Shown in pieces: positions 19,384 through 28,983 of a DNA stretch of 64,000 nucleotides; positions within the stretch are counted from its first letter, which is position 1, and each line of letters begins with the position of its first letter. The position numbers and the translations under genes are program-made. The notes beneath the pieces are model-generated. The model saw only the letters and a program-made list of their open reading frames with translations, was not told where the DNA came from and searched no databases. The DNA lies in assembly GCA_038203255.1 (NCBI GenBank), contig JBBREE010000001.1:31882-95881 (forward strand), read 5' to 3'. Source of the stretch: Candidatus Moraniibacteriota bacterium. GTDB taxonomy: Bacteria; Patescibacteriota; Minisyncoccia; Moranbacterales; UBA2206.

Positions 19384-19551
19384 ATGCAAAAGCAAAAAGA
19401 AACTCGAAAACTTACTAGAAACGGCGGCGGAACGATGTATGTTTCTTTGCCGAAAGAATTTGTGAAAGATTTAGGATGGCGTGAACGGCAAAAATTAGTT
19501 GTTGAAAGAGTGAAGAGTGGGATTTTGATTAAGGATTGGAGGAAAAGATAA
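19384..19551 (+). CDS. AbrB/MazE/SpoVT-like small DNA-binding protein (55 aa), paralog copy 2
   Basis: MQKQKETRKLTRNGGGTMYVSLPKEFVKDLGWRERQKLVVERVKSGILIKDWRKR. About 65% identical to the copy at 12960 and shares the identical C-terminus ILIKDWRKR. Confidence 0.55.
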   Translation: MQKQKETRKLTRNGGGTMYVSLPKEFVKDLGWRERQKLVVERVKSGILIKDWRKR

Positions 19552-19666
19552 ATTTCACAACCTATTTTTCCATATTAGTAAAATGTTCGGTCGAGGACGG
19601 TCCTCGATCTTTCCTCAATCTTTCAAGTAGAACTAAAAAATGGCCTTTTTCTATACACAAGGCTCT

Positions 19667-19846
19667 TTAACAAATAGTGTGTTGAATTAATATAAAGAGT
19701 GGTACGAAAGCGAGCATAACTTTAGCTATATAGTTATCAATATTTCTGAATCCAAATGATATTCTTTTAATCATTTTAATCTTGGTGTGTACTCCTTCGG
19801 TAAAAGCATTGGTAGAATAGTTGTCGAAATAATTTAGAATATTTTC
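19667..19846 (-). mobile_element. ISL3-family transposase C-terminal remnant (about 59 aa, no N-terminus)
   Basis: Minus-strand frame ENILNYFDNYSTNAFTEGVHTKIKMIKRISFGFRNIDNYIAKVMLAFVPLFILIQHTIC* matches the conserved ISL3 C-terminus (TNAxxEGxNNKIKxIKRxxYGFRNFxNF...). It has no start codon and no upstream transposase body. Confidence 0.6.
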
Positions 19847-19849
19847 TTT

Positions 19850-19943
19850 CCATCACCTGATTGGATGATCTTAAGGAAACTTCATGCTCACCAGATTGTC
19901 CGCCAAAGATGACAGCCAGTTGTTTTTTATTATTATTTTTCAT
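19850..19943 (-). pseudogene. duplicated 5' fragment of ddl fused out of frame to the IS remnant
   Basis: atgaaaaataataataaaaaacaactggctgtcatctttggcggacaatctggtgagcatgaagtttcc encodes MKNNNKKQLAVIFGGQSGEHEVS, nearly identical to the N-terminus of ddl at 16203. It runs into the transposase fragment in a +1 frame. Confidence 0.65.
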
Positions 19944-19992
19944 AAATATTTTTTAGCCTTATTTATAACTACCTTAAGGATATCAACTTGTC

Positions 19993-20030
19993 GCCTTTTT
20001 GCAAGAAGTTAGAAGTTATATCCCGAATTC
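19993..20030. repeat. second repeat family ctttttgcaagaagt[c/t]a[a/g]aa[t/g]ttata (copies at 17604-17640 and 19993-20030)
   Basis: About 28 of 38 nt are shared; each copy sits beside one of the other repeat or fragment elements. Confidence 0.4.
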
Positions 20031-20124
20031 TATTAAGGCAATAAATCATTCCCGTACCCGTAGTAAGAAAGAAAAACCCATCGCTCAATTGAGCGATGGG
20101 TTTTTTGAGAATTTTTTATATTTT

Positions 20125-20883
20125 CTATTTACACGTATAGCCACCATCAATGACCAACTCACTTCCAGTGACAAATTTTGATTCATCTGATATTAGGTAG
20201 AGAATACCATAAGCAATATCTATTGGTTCGCCGACATGGCCGATTGGGTGCAAACTATCGAGATGTTCTCTGAAACCTGGAGTTTCTTCACCAAGTTTTT
20301 CAACAAGCGGAGTCCAGATGAAACCTGGATGTACAGAATTAACTCGTATGCCATCCTTGGCATAAATCAAAGCGTCATTTTTAGACATCAATCTAACTGC
20401 TCCTTTTGAAGCATGATAAGGTGGAATGTCACCCGCCCCAATCATTCCATAGATGGAGGAAAGATTCACGATACTTCCCTTGCCTGCTTTTTGCATATAC
20501 GGAATTGCGTGCTTTGTGCAAAAGAAAACTCCTTTCACATTCACGTTCATCACTGCGTCCCATTCTGCCTCTGTTAGTTCGTGCGTTGGCTTGTCAGCAC
20601 CTGCGATTCCTGCATTATTCACCGTAGCGTCAAGTTTCCCAAATGTTTCAACAACTTCAGCATAAATTTTTTTTACTTCATCTTCACTGGCTACATCAAG
20701 ATGCCAAAATTTTGCCACTCCGCCAAATTCTTCAATCTCCTGAACCAATGCCTGACCTTCTTGGTCTAAGATATCAGTCACGGCAACTTTTGCACCTTCT
20801 TTGGCTAAGAGGATACATGTTTCACGTCCAATGCCCAGTGCACCGCCAGTCACAACAACAACTTTTTCTTCTGCTCTTTTCAT
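20125..20883 (-). CDS. SDR-family oxidoreductase (3-oxoacyl-ACP reductase-like)
   Basis: TGGALGIGRE Rossmann motif, YHASKGAV catalytic YxxxK and an NNAG motif. Confidence 0.8.
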   Translation of the reverse strand: MKRAEEKVVVVTGGALGIGRETCILLAKEGAKVAVTDILDQEGQALVQEIEEFGGVAKFWHLDVASEDEVKKIYAEVVETFGKLDATVNNAGIAGADKPTHELTEAEWDAVMNVNVKGVFFCTKHAIPYMQKAGKGSIVNLSSIYGMIGAGDIPPYHASKGAVRLMSKNDALIYAKDGIRVNSVHPGFIWTPLVEKLGEETPGFREHLDSLHPIGHVGEPIDIAYGILYLISDESKFVTGSELVIDGGYTCK

Positions 20884-21072
20884 ATTTTTATTTTTTATTT
20901 CTTACTTATTCATTATAACAGAATATCATTTTTTATTAAATAGCAAAGCATTATACCCTGTCGCCTTTGGAGGGGTGCGCTACTAAAAAATAAAAAAACA
21001 AATTCAAGACGCTCCCATTGGGAGCGTCTCTACGATTGAAACTATTCAGTTGTAATTTCGGCTGATTGATAA

Positions 21073-21561
21073 TTATTTACCAAATCCTCCACCTTTTTGA
21101 CCACCTCGCATTCCACCTTGATGTCCTCCAAGGTATTGTTGGTCAATGCCATTTTCTGTTAACCATGCGGTCATCTCTTCTTGATGAGCTTTTCTGTCGA
21201 CTTGCTTCTCTTCTTGTGTTAGATCTTTAGAAGCTCCTCGATTCGCGTCTCTTTCGGTTTTAAGCTCCGCCATTTTATCAATGATTAATTGCTTCTGCTC
21301 TTGAGAAAGCTTCCCTTCGCTCACTGCTTGAGCTAGACGCTCTTCTTGTTTTTCTTGCATCTGAGTCTGACGCGCCTCTTGATTTTCCTTAAATACCGTT
21401 TGAACTTCATCAGTATTTAAATTAAATTTTTCGACAAGCTTTTGAATGATTGTGCTTTGGCCATTCCCACTCGCCGAAACAGAAGCTGAACTGACTCCAT
21501 AGAGTCCAGTAAAAGCGATTGCTCCGAGAATAAGTGACGGAATGATTACTTTTTTCTTCAT
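21073..21561 (-). CDS. secreted LTXXQ-motif protein (CpxP/Spy-like periplasmic stress protein), tentative
   Basis: Signal peptide, LSQEQKQ and LTQEEKQ repeats, and a Gly-rich tail. Lies beside the ECF sigma module. Confidence 0.35.
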   Translation of the reverse strand: MKKKVIIPSLILGAIAFTGLYGVSSASVSASGNGQSTIIQKLVEKFNLNTDEVQTVFKENQEARQTQMQEKQEERLAQAVSEGKLSQEQKQLIIDKMAELKTERDANRGASKDLTQEEKQVDRKAHQEEMTAWLTENGIDQQYLGGHQGGMRGGQKGGGFGK

Positions 21562-21666
21562 TATTTTTTTTAATTAATTATTAATGCCCTTTGAGCGCTA
21601 GCTTGATCATTGGGCTTCATAGTAGTTATACGTGAACCGACAGAAATGTTTGCAAAAAAAGCGTTG

Positions 21667-22383
21667 TTATTTTTGCATACCTCTGGCGCGAGGTCCACCC
21701 AAAGGTGCTTGTCTTATCGCAGAAGCCCCGAAAACATATTCACCTTTTTTCTCACCCACGATATCAACCATCTCCCCTTCTTTCATTTCTACCCTCCTTT
21801 TGATTTCAGTGTCCGCTGAATAAAAAACCTTCCAATTATCTCCCTTTTGTGTTTTTAGCAAGAATGACTGGGCTGATTCAATTTTGATAATTTCTCCTCC
21901 CAAAAGACCGTCTTCCGGTCTTTGCCAACGTCCCACTATTGGTCGAACTAAATTATTCGGGCCTGGAATATCCATCTCCAAGCGACTATTTATTTTTGAA
22001 AAATTAACCAAGACGCCAATAGCAAAAACAGACAACGCGATGATGCTTGCGATAAAAAGAAGGCTGTATCGATAGCCTCTTTTTGTTTTTCGAAAAACCA
22101 TAAAGCCGGAGAAAATTGCTACTGCCAAAAGGACCATCCACAAGTAAGGCATCGTAACAAAAAATAAAAAGAAAAAATTTCTCAATTTTAAACTTCTTAT
22201 AATTTCCGGGCTCAAGTCGGAAACATTTAAAATGATTAAGGAGAAAAACAAGGCTCCTAACAAAATAATCAAAGAAAATAAGACCCAGAAAGCATAATTT
22301 CTCCAATGAGTTTTCAATTTAGAATCAGGGAGAATATGCTCCTCCTTGATCTTTTCGGTAATTTTTTTTGAGAAATCTTCCAT
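21667..22383 (-). CDS. membrane protein, putative anti-sigma factor (by position)
   Basis: Multi-TM protein encoded 4 nt downstream of the ECF sigma gene. Confidence 0.35.
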   Translation of the reverse strand: MEDFSKKITEKIKEEHILPDSKLKTHWRNYAFWVLFSLIILLGALFFSLIILNVSDLSPEIIRSLKLRNFFFLFFVTMPYLWMVLLAVAIFSGFMVFRKTKRGYRYSLLFIASIIALSVFAIGVLVNFSKINSRLEMDIPGPNNLVRPIVGRWQRPEDGLLGGEIIKIESAQSFLLKTQKGDNWKVFYSADTEIKRRVEMKEGEMVDIVGEKKGEYVFGASAIRQAPLGGPRARGMQK

Positions 22384-22387
22384 ACAA

Positions 22388-22975
22388 TTATTTTGGATTA
22401 ATTAAAAAATGTTTGGCCTCTAGTTTTTCTAAAATCATTTTTCTTCCCCTGGCAATCAGAGCCGCCACTGTTCCCTTTGGTTTTTCAACGATGTCCATAA
22501 TTTCTTCATAAGTTTTTTCTTCTAGAAATCTCAAGACCATTATTTCTTTATATTTATAAGGTAATTCATTCATTATCGCTAAAATTTCATCCACATGTTC
22601 TTTAATTTCCAGCTCATTTTTGATATCCACGTTTGATCTGAAAATCTTGAGTGAATCATCTTCTTCGAGTTGCACTGATTGAGGACGAACTTGTTTTTTT
22701 CGAATGGCATCAATTGTCGTGTTTCTGGAAATTTGATATATCCAAGTTGAAAAAGCCAAATCACAATCAAAACCGTTTAGATTTTTATAAACTTTTATAA
22801 AAATTTCCTGGATAATATCTTCAATGTCCTCATTTCCAAAATATGAAATTCTTTTAATATAGTGAAAAAGGCGATTTTGATATCGCGACACAAGCTCCCC
22901 GAAAACATCTGAATCCGTCTTTGAAAGTTCCACCAACTGATTGTCGGTTAACTTGCCTTCAATAGATTTTTCCAT
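22388..22975 (-). CDS. RNA polymerase sigma-70 factor, ECF subfamily
   Basis: Region 2 (ELVSRYQNRLFHYIKRI...DIIQEIFIKVYKNLNGF) and region 4 HTH (TYEEIMDIVEKPKGTVAALIARGRKMILEKL). Confidence 0.8.
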   Translation of the reverse strand: MEKSIEGKLTDNQLVELSKTDSDVFGELVSRYQNRLFHYIKRISYFGNEDIEDIIQEIFIKVYKNLNGFDCDLAFSTWIYQISRNTTIDAIRKKQVRPQSVQLEEDDSLKIFRSNVDIKNELEIKEHVDEILAIMNELPYKYKEIMVLRFLEEKTYEEIMDIVEKPKGTVAALIARGRKMILEKLEAKHFLINPK

Positions 22976-23096
22976 CCCTAATTTGAATTTTTATTTATTA
23001 CCTATATTATACGTTATAATTTTAATTTGTTTGCATTCTCGAATAAATATCCGCCTGAGGTAATATATCTACTGGGATATTTTTTAATTTATTTTC

Positions 23097-26000
23097 TTAA
23101 AACCTTTCGTTCTTGTCTATAAATGTCATATAGAGTGCCGGAACGATAAAGAGAGTGAAAAATGACGAGATTGAAAGCCCGAAAATAACAGCGGATCCAA
23201 GTGCGGTCCAAGTAGCATTGGACAATGTTATGGGGATAATACCTGCAATAGTTACAACTGATGTGATAACGATGGCTTCCAGTCTGGATTTTCCTGCGTC
23301 CACGATAGCATTTTCAAAAGGTATCCCCACTTTGATATTGATATTAATTTTATCAATCAAAATAATGGCATTTTTAACCACAATACCAAAAAGCGCTAAA
23401 ATGCCGATGAGTCCGGGAAAGCTCAAGCTCACATGGAAAAGAGCCATACCAATGAATACTCCGATAAGCGCCAATGGCAATGTCACCAAAACTATGATGG
23501 CTTTTTTGAAAGAGTTAAATTGAATAACAAGAGTTGAAATGATAAGCAAAGCCGCAATCAGCATGGCGCGCACAATTGAAAGCACGGACTCGGTGTTTTG
23601 TTCATTTTCACCGCCATAAGTTATGTCATATCCATCAGGAAGGGAATAGCTACTTGCAACTTTGTCTTGAAATTCTTTGAGGACTTGGGAAGCATTAGTG
23701 GTTCCTGTGACATCGGAAGTAAGTAGGACGGTTCTTTTTTGGTTGATTCGTGAAATTGAATCAACTGACGGAACCAGCTTAACGGTTGCGACATCTCGCA
23801 TAAAAACGGGTTGATTTTTGGTGTTTAAAATTTGAAGATTTTGAATATCCTCCAAGGTTGGAATTTTTTCTTTGCCAAACCTGGCGATAACATCGATGTT
23901 TTTATTGTCACGGATAACCGTGGTTACTGTCGTGCCGGAAATAGCACTGCGCAAAGCTGATCCCACCAACAATCCATTCAAATTATAGAGTTCCATTTTG
24001 GCATTATCCAAAACGAAGGTATATTCTGCGGGAGCATCTTTCAGGGATATATCCGAATTAATAGTGCCTGGAACTGAATCTATGATGGGTTTTAATTCTT
24101 GGGCTATTTTATCAAGTGCTTGTAAGTTTTCTCCACTTATTTGAGCTTGAAAAGCGCTTCCCGATGGTGGTCCACCGCGCGGAGAAGACACCGTGATAGT
24201 GGCGTCTTGAATATCTGCGAGTGAGTTGCGAATTTCATCTGAAATATCATAGGCTTTTATATCCCGACTCTCTTGGGGGGTAAGCTTAACCGAAATCGAA
24301 GCTGAATTTGATTCAGAACCTCCAACTATGGTGGAAAAATTTACGATATTAGAGTTTTTAAGCAGTCGCTGTTCTACTTTCTGGACAATCTTGTCAGTTT
24401 GATTGAGAGTTAATCCTACTGGGCCACGCATAGCAATAGTGAGTGTATCAGAGTCAGCTGCCGGGAAAAACTCTGTCTTTACAACCCCTGCAATTGGTAA
24501 GGACATAGCCAACAGAAAAAGAACCAACGTAGAAATAAGCGTGACGAGTCTGCGTTTGCGAGTGCCGGTTACCATTCTAAGATATTTTTCATATACAGGC
24601 AGGATAAGATCAAAGTGGATTATGCCATGTAAAAGTTTTTGCCAGAATGTTGCATCCTTACGATTTCCTTGCGCAAGCAATTTTCGCTTAATTAGATCAT
24701 CATCAGTAGTTTCTTTTTCAGCCAAGATTTTATTTTCCTCAAGCTGATTTTTGCCCGTGCCAAAATACCAAATTGTCATCCATACAGTTACGGCCAAAGA
24801 AAGCGCCACCAAAAAGTATCCAAGTATCGAATGAAGTGTTGCGGAAAATAAACCCCCGCCCAGTACGGTAATGAGTATCATTAAGAAAAACTTTTTTGTC
24901 ATTCTGACTCTCTCCAGCACTGCGGCCAGTGGATGGTTGATCATCAGCGCCACAAGAAGCGAAGCAGTGAGAGTAACAGAAACAGTGATCGGAATTGATT
25001 TAATGAATTGTCCAATTATTCCTGAGGCCATTAGTAATGGAAGAAATGCCCAAACAGTGGCAAGCGTTGTGGAAACTAAGACCACCTTGAAATCATTCAA
25101 AACAAGGAGAACCGCTTCTTCCGGAGTATATTTGCCCGTTTTTAGATATTGCTTCGTGGCTGAAACAACCACAATAGCATCATCTACTAAAAGACCAAGC
25201 GAAAGCAGGAGCGCAAAAATAGAAAGGAAATTAAGCGAAATTCCGGTGAATTGCATAACTCCAAACGTGATAAAGAAAACTAATGGAATCGCTATGCCAG
25301 CCACAAAAGCTTCTTTGAGTCCAACGATAAGAAAAAGTAGGCCTACCACTAGTGCCAAAGTGAGTAGGAAATCATGAGTCAATTGATCAAAGTCCTTACG
25401 AATACGATCAGCTTGGTTAACCGTATCATCATAGGAGATGCCTTCCGGAAAAGTTTTTATGAGAGCGTCGATTTTGTTATGCGCACTATCCACAGTGTCA
25501 ACAACTGAGCCACCAGTGCTTTTAACCACTTGCAGTGTCACGGAATTTTGCGGATCTTGACCGCCTAAGGAAATACGCGAGTAGGTTGTTTTCTCTATCG
25601 CCTTTTCTTTCACTTCCGCAATATCTCTGAGGAAAACAACGGCGCCTTCAGTTGTGTGCATGATTGGAACATTTCCAAGAGCTTTTTCATCATAAAAACG
25701 TCCCTCAGTACGAACCGGGTAATTAAATTCAGCTCCTTCAAAATTTCCCGCAGGAGTCGCAATGTTGGTTGCAGAGATAGCCTGATTGGCTTGGTTGGCG
25801 GTGATGTTGTATAGCACAAGCTTATGAGGATCATAGGCTACTTCAAATTCCGTTTCATCTCCTCCGGAAATATTCACTTCACGAATTCCGGGAATTTTTT
25901 CCAGTTCGTCTTGAATTTTTTCTCCATATGTCCGCAGGGTAAAGCCGTCATATGGACCGGTGAGGGCAAAGGTTATTATAGGAGTATCATCCAAAGAAAT

Positions 26001-26468
26001 TTCTGAAACAATAGGATCTTTGGCCTCAGTAGGAATATCTTTTCTGATATTTTGAATTTTATCCCTAATCTTTCTTACCGAATCGTTCAAATCTTGGTTG
26101 GCATCAAATTCAACTATGAGGTTAGAAAATGAATTTGCTGAGGTGGAGGTGACTTTTTTTATTCCGGTTATTCCGGAAATATCCGTTTCGATTTTTTTAG
26201 TAACGAGCTCTTCCATATCAGAAGGAGATGCGCCCGGATAGGTGACGCTGATAGTGGCAATAGCAATTTTTACTTCCGGATTTGATTCCAGAGGCAATTG
26301 CAGGAATGAATAAATTCCCCACCCTGAAATTAGCATGATAAGTAGGATTACCACTCTAAAATTGGAAACAAAAAAGTTCAGCCAAGTCTTACGAAGCTCC
26401 GGAGAAAATTCAAGTTTATCCAAATACGCCGAATCACTGGATTTATGGTTGTTATTTTTTGGTTCCAT
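23097..26468 (-). CDS. RND efflux transporter permease (AcrB/HAE1-like)
   Basis: 1123 aa with 12 TM and two large periplasmic loops; typical RND architecture. Confidence 0.85.
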   Translation of the reverse strand: MEPKNNNHKSSDSAYLDKLEFSPELRKTWLNFFVSNFRVVILLIMLISGWGIYSFLQLPLESNPEVKIAIATISVTYPGASPSDMEELVTKKIETDISGITGIKKVTSTSANSFSNLIVEFDANQDLNDSVRKIRDKIQNIRKDIPTEAKDPIVSEISLDDTPIITFALTGPYDGFTLRTYGEKIQDELEKIPGIREVNISGGDETEFEVAYDPHKLVLYNITANQANQAISATNIATPAGNFEGAEFNYPVRTEGRFYDEKALGNVPIMHTTEGAVVFLRDIAEVKEKAIEKTTYSRISLGGQDPQNSVTLQVVKSTGGSVVDTVDSAHNKIDALIKTFPEGISYDDTVNQADRIRKDFDQLTHDFLLTLALVVGLLFLIVGLKEAFVAGIAIPLVFFITFGVMQFTGISLNFLSIFALLLSLGLLVDDAIVVVSATKQYLKTGKYTPEEAVLLVLNDFKVVLVSTTLATVWAFLPLLMASGIIGQFIKSIPITVSVTLTASLLVALMINHPLAAVLERVRMTKKFFLMILITVLGGGLFSATLHSILGYFLVALSLAVTVWMTIWYFGTGKNQLEENKILAEKETTDDDLIKRKLLAQGNRKDATFWQKLLHGIIHFDLILPVYEKYLRMVTGTRKRRLVTLISTLVLFLLAMSLPIAGVVKTEFFPAADSDTLTIAMRGPVGLTLNQTDKIVQKVEQRLLKNSNIVNFSTIVGGSESNSASISVKLTPQESRDIKAYDISDEIRNSLADIQDATITVSSPRGGPPSGSAFQAQISGENLQALDKIAQELKPIIDSVPGTINSDISLKDAPAEYTFVLDNAKMELYNLNGLLVGSALRSAISGTTVTTVIRDNKNIDVIARFGKEKIPTLEDIQNLQILNTKNQPVFMRDVATVKLVPSVDSISRINQKRTVLLTSDVTGTTNASQVLKEFQDKVASSYSLPDGYDITYGGENEQNTESVLSIVRAMLIAALLIISTLVIQFNSFKKAIIVLVTLPLALIGVFIGMALFHVSLSFPGLIGILALFGIVVKNAIILIDKININIKVGIPFENAIVDAGKSRLEAIVITSVVTIAGIIPITLSNATWTALGSAVIFGLSISSFFTLFIVPALYMTFIDKNERF

Positions 26469-26474
26469 AAGGTT

Positions 26475-27578
26475 TTAGTCTTGTATTAAAATGGCTTCAC
26501 CATCATGCACAAGTTTATTATTATCGGTGATAATGCGTGTTTCGGGAGAAATATCAGTGGAAATTTCAGCCACTTCTCCAGTTACCTTGATGACAGTCAC
26601 CTCTTTCTTTTTAGCTATATTATTTTCCACAACATAGATTGAACTATTATTCTGGCTAATACTTAAAGCTGACAGGGGCAAAAGAAAATTGGCGGAAGTT
26701 GTCGGCTCCAGAGTGCTTTCGATAAAAACAGTTGCGATTGTCCCCGACAAAAAAGCGGTTGTGTGTTTTTTCGGGCAAGCTTCAATCAAAAAACTTTTAG
26801 TTACCGGATCCGCTGCTGCCGATATGTTTTGGATATTAAGTTGCACCGTGTTGCCTTCGCTGTCAACGGTTGAGATTATCTGACCACGAGTCAAAGCAGC
26901 CCGCTGATCCTGATTGACGTAGAATTGAAATTCAATAAGGGAAGATTTACTGACAATGGCGATTAATTGTCCGACAGAAACAGAATCTCCGACAGAAACT
27001 GCTTTGTTTATGATTGCTCCGGAAATAGGACTGGTGATCGAATGGTTGTCAATTATGCCGTCGAGTCCAAGCATCGCACTTTCATATTGCAACTTCGCAA
27101 TATCGCGCTGAGTTTTTGCATTGTCTTTTTCAGCTCTCGTGGCAGTGTCGGATTTTTTTAAATTACTATAATTATCCTTTGCCAAACTGTACGCTTTTTT
27201 CGCTTGGTCAACCGAATTTTGAGCTTGCTGCACTTGAAGATTTCTCAGTCCATTGTCCCCCACATCCAAAGCTCCGGTATCATCTATCTTTGCCAATAGT
27301 GAACCCACACTCACCGGAGTACCTATGTTTCCGGGAGCAACCATAATCGTTCCGGCTGATTTTGCGGTTATCCTAACTTCTTGCTCACCAACAATACTGG
27401 CCGGGAATTGACTTTTTTCAATAAAAGATTTACTGTCGGAAGCTAATTTAACAGAAACTGCAATGGGTTGTTTTGCTAATTCTTGCATGACAGGAGCTTT
27501 TTTTTCAGGAAGCTTCATCGCAATCACAAAAAGTACCAAGATCACCCCGATTGATATACTAATTTTTTTTATATTCAT
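26475..27578 (-). CDS. RND efflux periplasmic adaptor (HlyD/MFP family)
   Basis: N-terminal TM anchor, coiled-coil, biotinyl-like and beta-barrel segments. Immediately upstream of the RND pump. Confidence 0.75.
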   Translation of the reverse strand: MNIKKISISIGVILVLFVIAMKLPEKKAPVMQELAKQPIAVSVKLASDSKSFIEKSQFPASIVGEQEVRITAKSAGTIMVAPGNIGTPVSVGSLLAKIDDTGALDVGDNGLRNLQVQQAQNSVDQAKKAYSLAKDNYSNLKKSDTATRAEKDNAKTQRDIAKLQYESAMLGLDGIIDNHSITSPISGAIINKAVSVGDSVSVGQLIAIVSKSSLIEFQFYVNQDQRAALTRGQIISTVDSEGNTVQLNIQNISAAADPVTKSFLIEACPKKHTTAFLSGTIATVFIESTLEPTTSANFLLPLSALSISQNNSSIYVVENNIAKKKEVTVIKVTGEVAEISTDISPETRIITDNNKLVHDGEAILIQD

Positions 27579-27601
27579 AAGCTTAATTATGCACTTAATT
27601 T

Positions 27602-28045
27602 TTAGACGATTAATTTATTCGGCAAGTTATCAATTATTTTTTTCTGAATCTTCTCTAAGTGTAAGAGCTCTGCATCAGTCAAAGAAGCAAAAAGTCGCGT
27701 CGTGATTTCCAGTTGTTGTTTTTTTGCAATGGTGATAATTTTTTTTCCTTCTGGGGTTATTTTAAGATAAATTTTGCGTCTGTCATTCACGTCTTCTATC
27801 CTTATTAACAAGGAATCTCTTACTAAGCTGTTAACCGATTGAGTAATGGCGCTGGAAGTTGCATGAATTCTCTCTGCTAATTCTTTTATACTTTGATGGT
27901 TATGATAAAAAACCATAAAAAGAATCCTTAGTTGAGCATGTGTAGGCATATTAACCCCGAGTGTCTCAATTTTGCAGTTAAGCATAGACTTACTCATCGT
28001 TTCCATATGCCCTAAAAATGCTCGGATTGTTTGTTGTCTATTCAT
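27602..28045 (-). CDS. MarR-family transcriptional regulator
   Basis: wHTH pattern ...ELAERIHATSSAITQSVNSLVRDSLLIRIEDVNDRRKIYLKITPEG. First gene of the efflux operon. Confidence 0.75.
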   Translation of the reverse strand: MNRQQTIRAFLGHMETMSKSMLNCKIETLGVNMPTHAQLRILFMVFYHNHQSIKELAERIHATSSAITQSVNSLVRDSLLIRIEDVNDRRKIYLKITPEGKKIITIAKKQQLEITTRLFASLTDAELLHLEKIQKKIIDNLPNKLIV

Positions 28046-28119
28046 AAATAATATATTAGAGTGTTAACAGTTTAGCACCTTACTTATATTTGTCAAGGCG
28101 CTATTCAGAAACCTACCCC

Positions 28120-28148
28120 TTGACTTTTAATTGAAAATATGCTAAAAT
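28120..28148 (+). promoter_or_regulatory. sigma70-like promoter with extended -10 (TTGACT-17-TGcTAAAAT) for the 28254 gene pair
   Basis: ttgacttttaattgaaaatatgctaaaat. Followed by the inverted repeat tattgtcaa(28153-28161)...ttgacaata(28185-28193) in the 5' UTR. Confidence 0.45.
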
Positions 28149-28253
28149 ACTATATTGTCAAGAAGATGGAAGAAACGGGCAAAGTTGACAATAACCGCCC
28201 TTTAAAAATTGAATAATTCAAACAATCCCACGACTGTGGGGAAAGGAGCTGTT

Positions 28254-28982
28254 ATGGCTGATAAAAATGATCACCGAACGGATAATAGGAATTCTACTGA
28301 TCAAACCGCCAAGAAAAGTAAAGGCGTGATCGGGAGAGTATTAGGAGAGGTTGGCGAGATGGTAGGAACGGGTGTTTCAGTGGCCACCTTCATGGCACTC
28401 TTTAAAAAGGGGGCGAGCTTCCTAATTGAAAATAAAGAGTTTAGGGAGGCGGCAAGTAATTATGCCGTCAAGACTCTTAAGGGAGGAAGGGGCAGGGAAG
28501 ATGAGTTACTTTGCTATGCATCCTTAATTGGAGTTTCCGGTATTGATGAAGATGCAAAAATACTCTTTATGGATAAGCATTTCGAAATGCTTAATCCAGA
28601 CCTTGCCGGGAAAACACCAGCCGAGCTAGATCGTCTCAAGATGTTACGGGAAAGAGCTAAGGGATTGGTGTTTTTGATTGCGACGGATAATGAAAACGCC
28701 AAGAGTCCCAAAAAGGCAGAGCGCTTCATTCTCGCGAATGAAATTTGGCATGGCATCTTCTTGGGAATAAACAACCCATTAATTTGTCCTGACAGAGCTG
28801 CCAAAATGAACCTCCTGGAAAAAAGAATCATCCATTATGGAAAGAATGAGCAGGAGGGTACGACCCTTATAGAGGCAGTGCAGCCTGCAAAAAAACTTTT
28901 TACAGGATTATTCAATCCTGCATCTGTCGATGCAGCCAAAGAAAATCTTCGGTTGGCCAAAATAGAAAGAAGGAGGAAGTGA
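28254..28982 (+). CDS. hypothetical soluble protein
   Basis: The ORF-track start at 28209 is TTG. An ATG at 28254 follows the ribosome-binding site GGAAAGGAG. No family recognised. Confidence 0.5.
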   Translation: MADKNDHRTDNRNSTDQTAKKSKGVIGRVLGEVGEMVGTGVSVATFMALFKKGASFLIENKEFREAASNYAVKTLKGGRGREDELLCYASLIGVSGIDEDAKILFMDKHFEMLNPDLAGKTPAELDRLKMLRERAKGLVFLIATDNENAKSPKKAERFILANEIWHGIFLGINNPLICPDRAAKMNLLEKRIIHYGKNEQEGTTLIEAVQPAKKLFTGLFNPASVDAAKENLRLAKIERRRK

Positions 28983-28983
28983 T

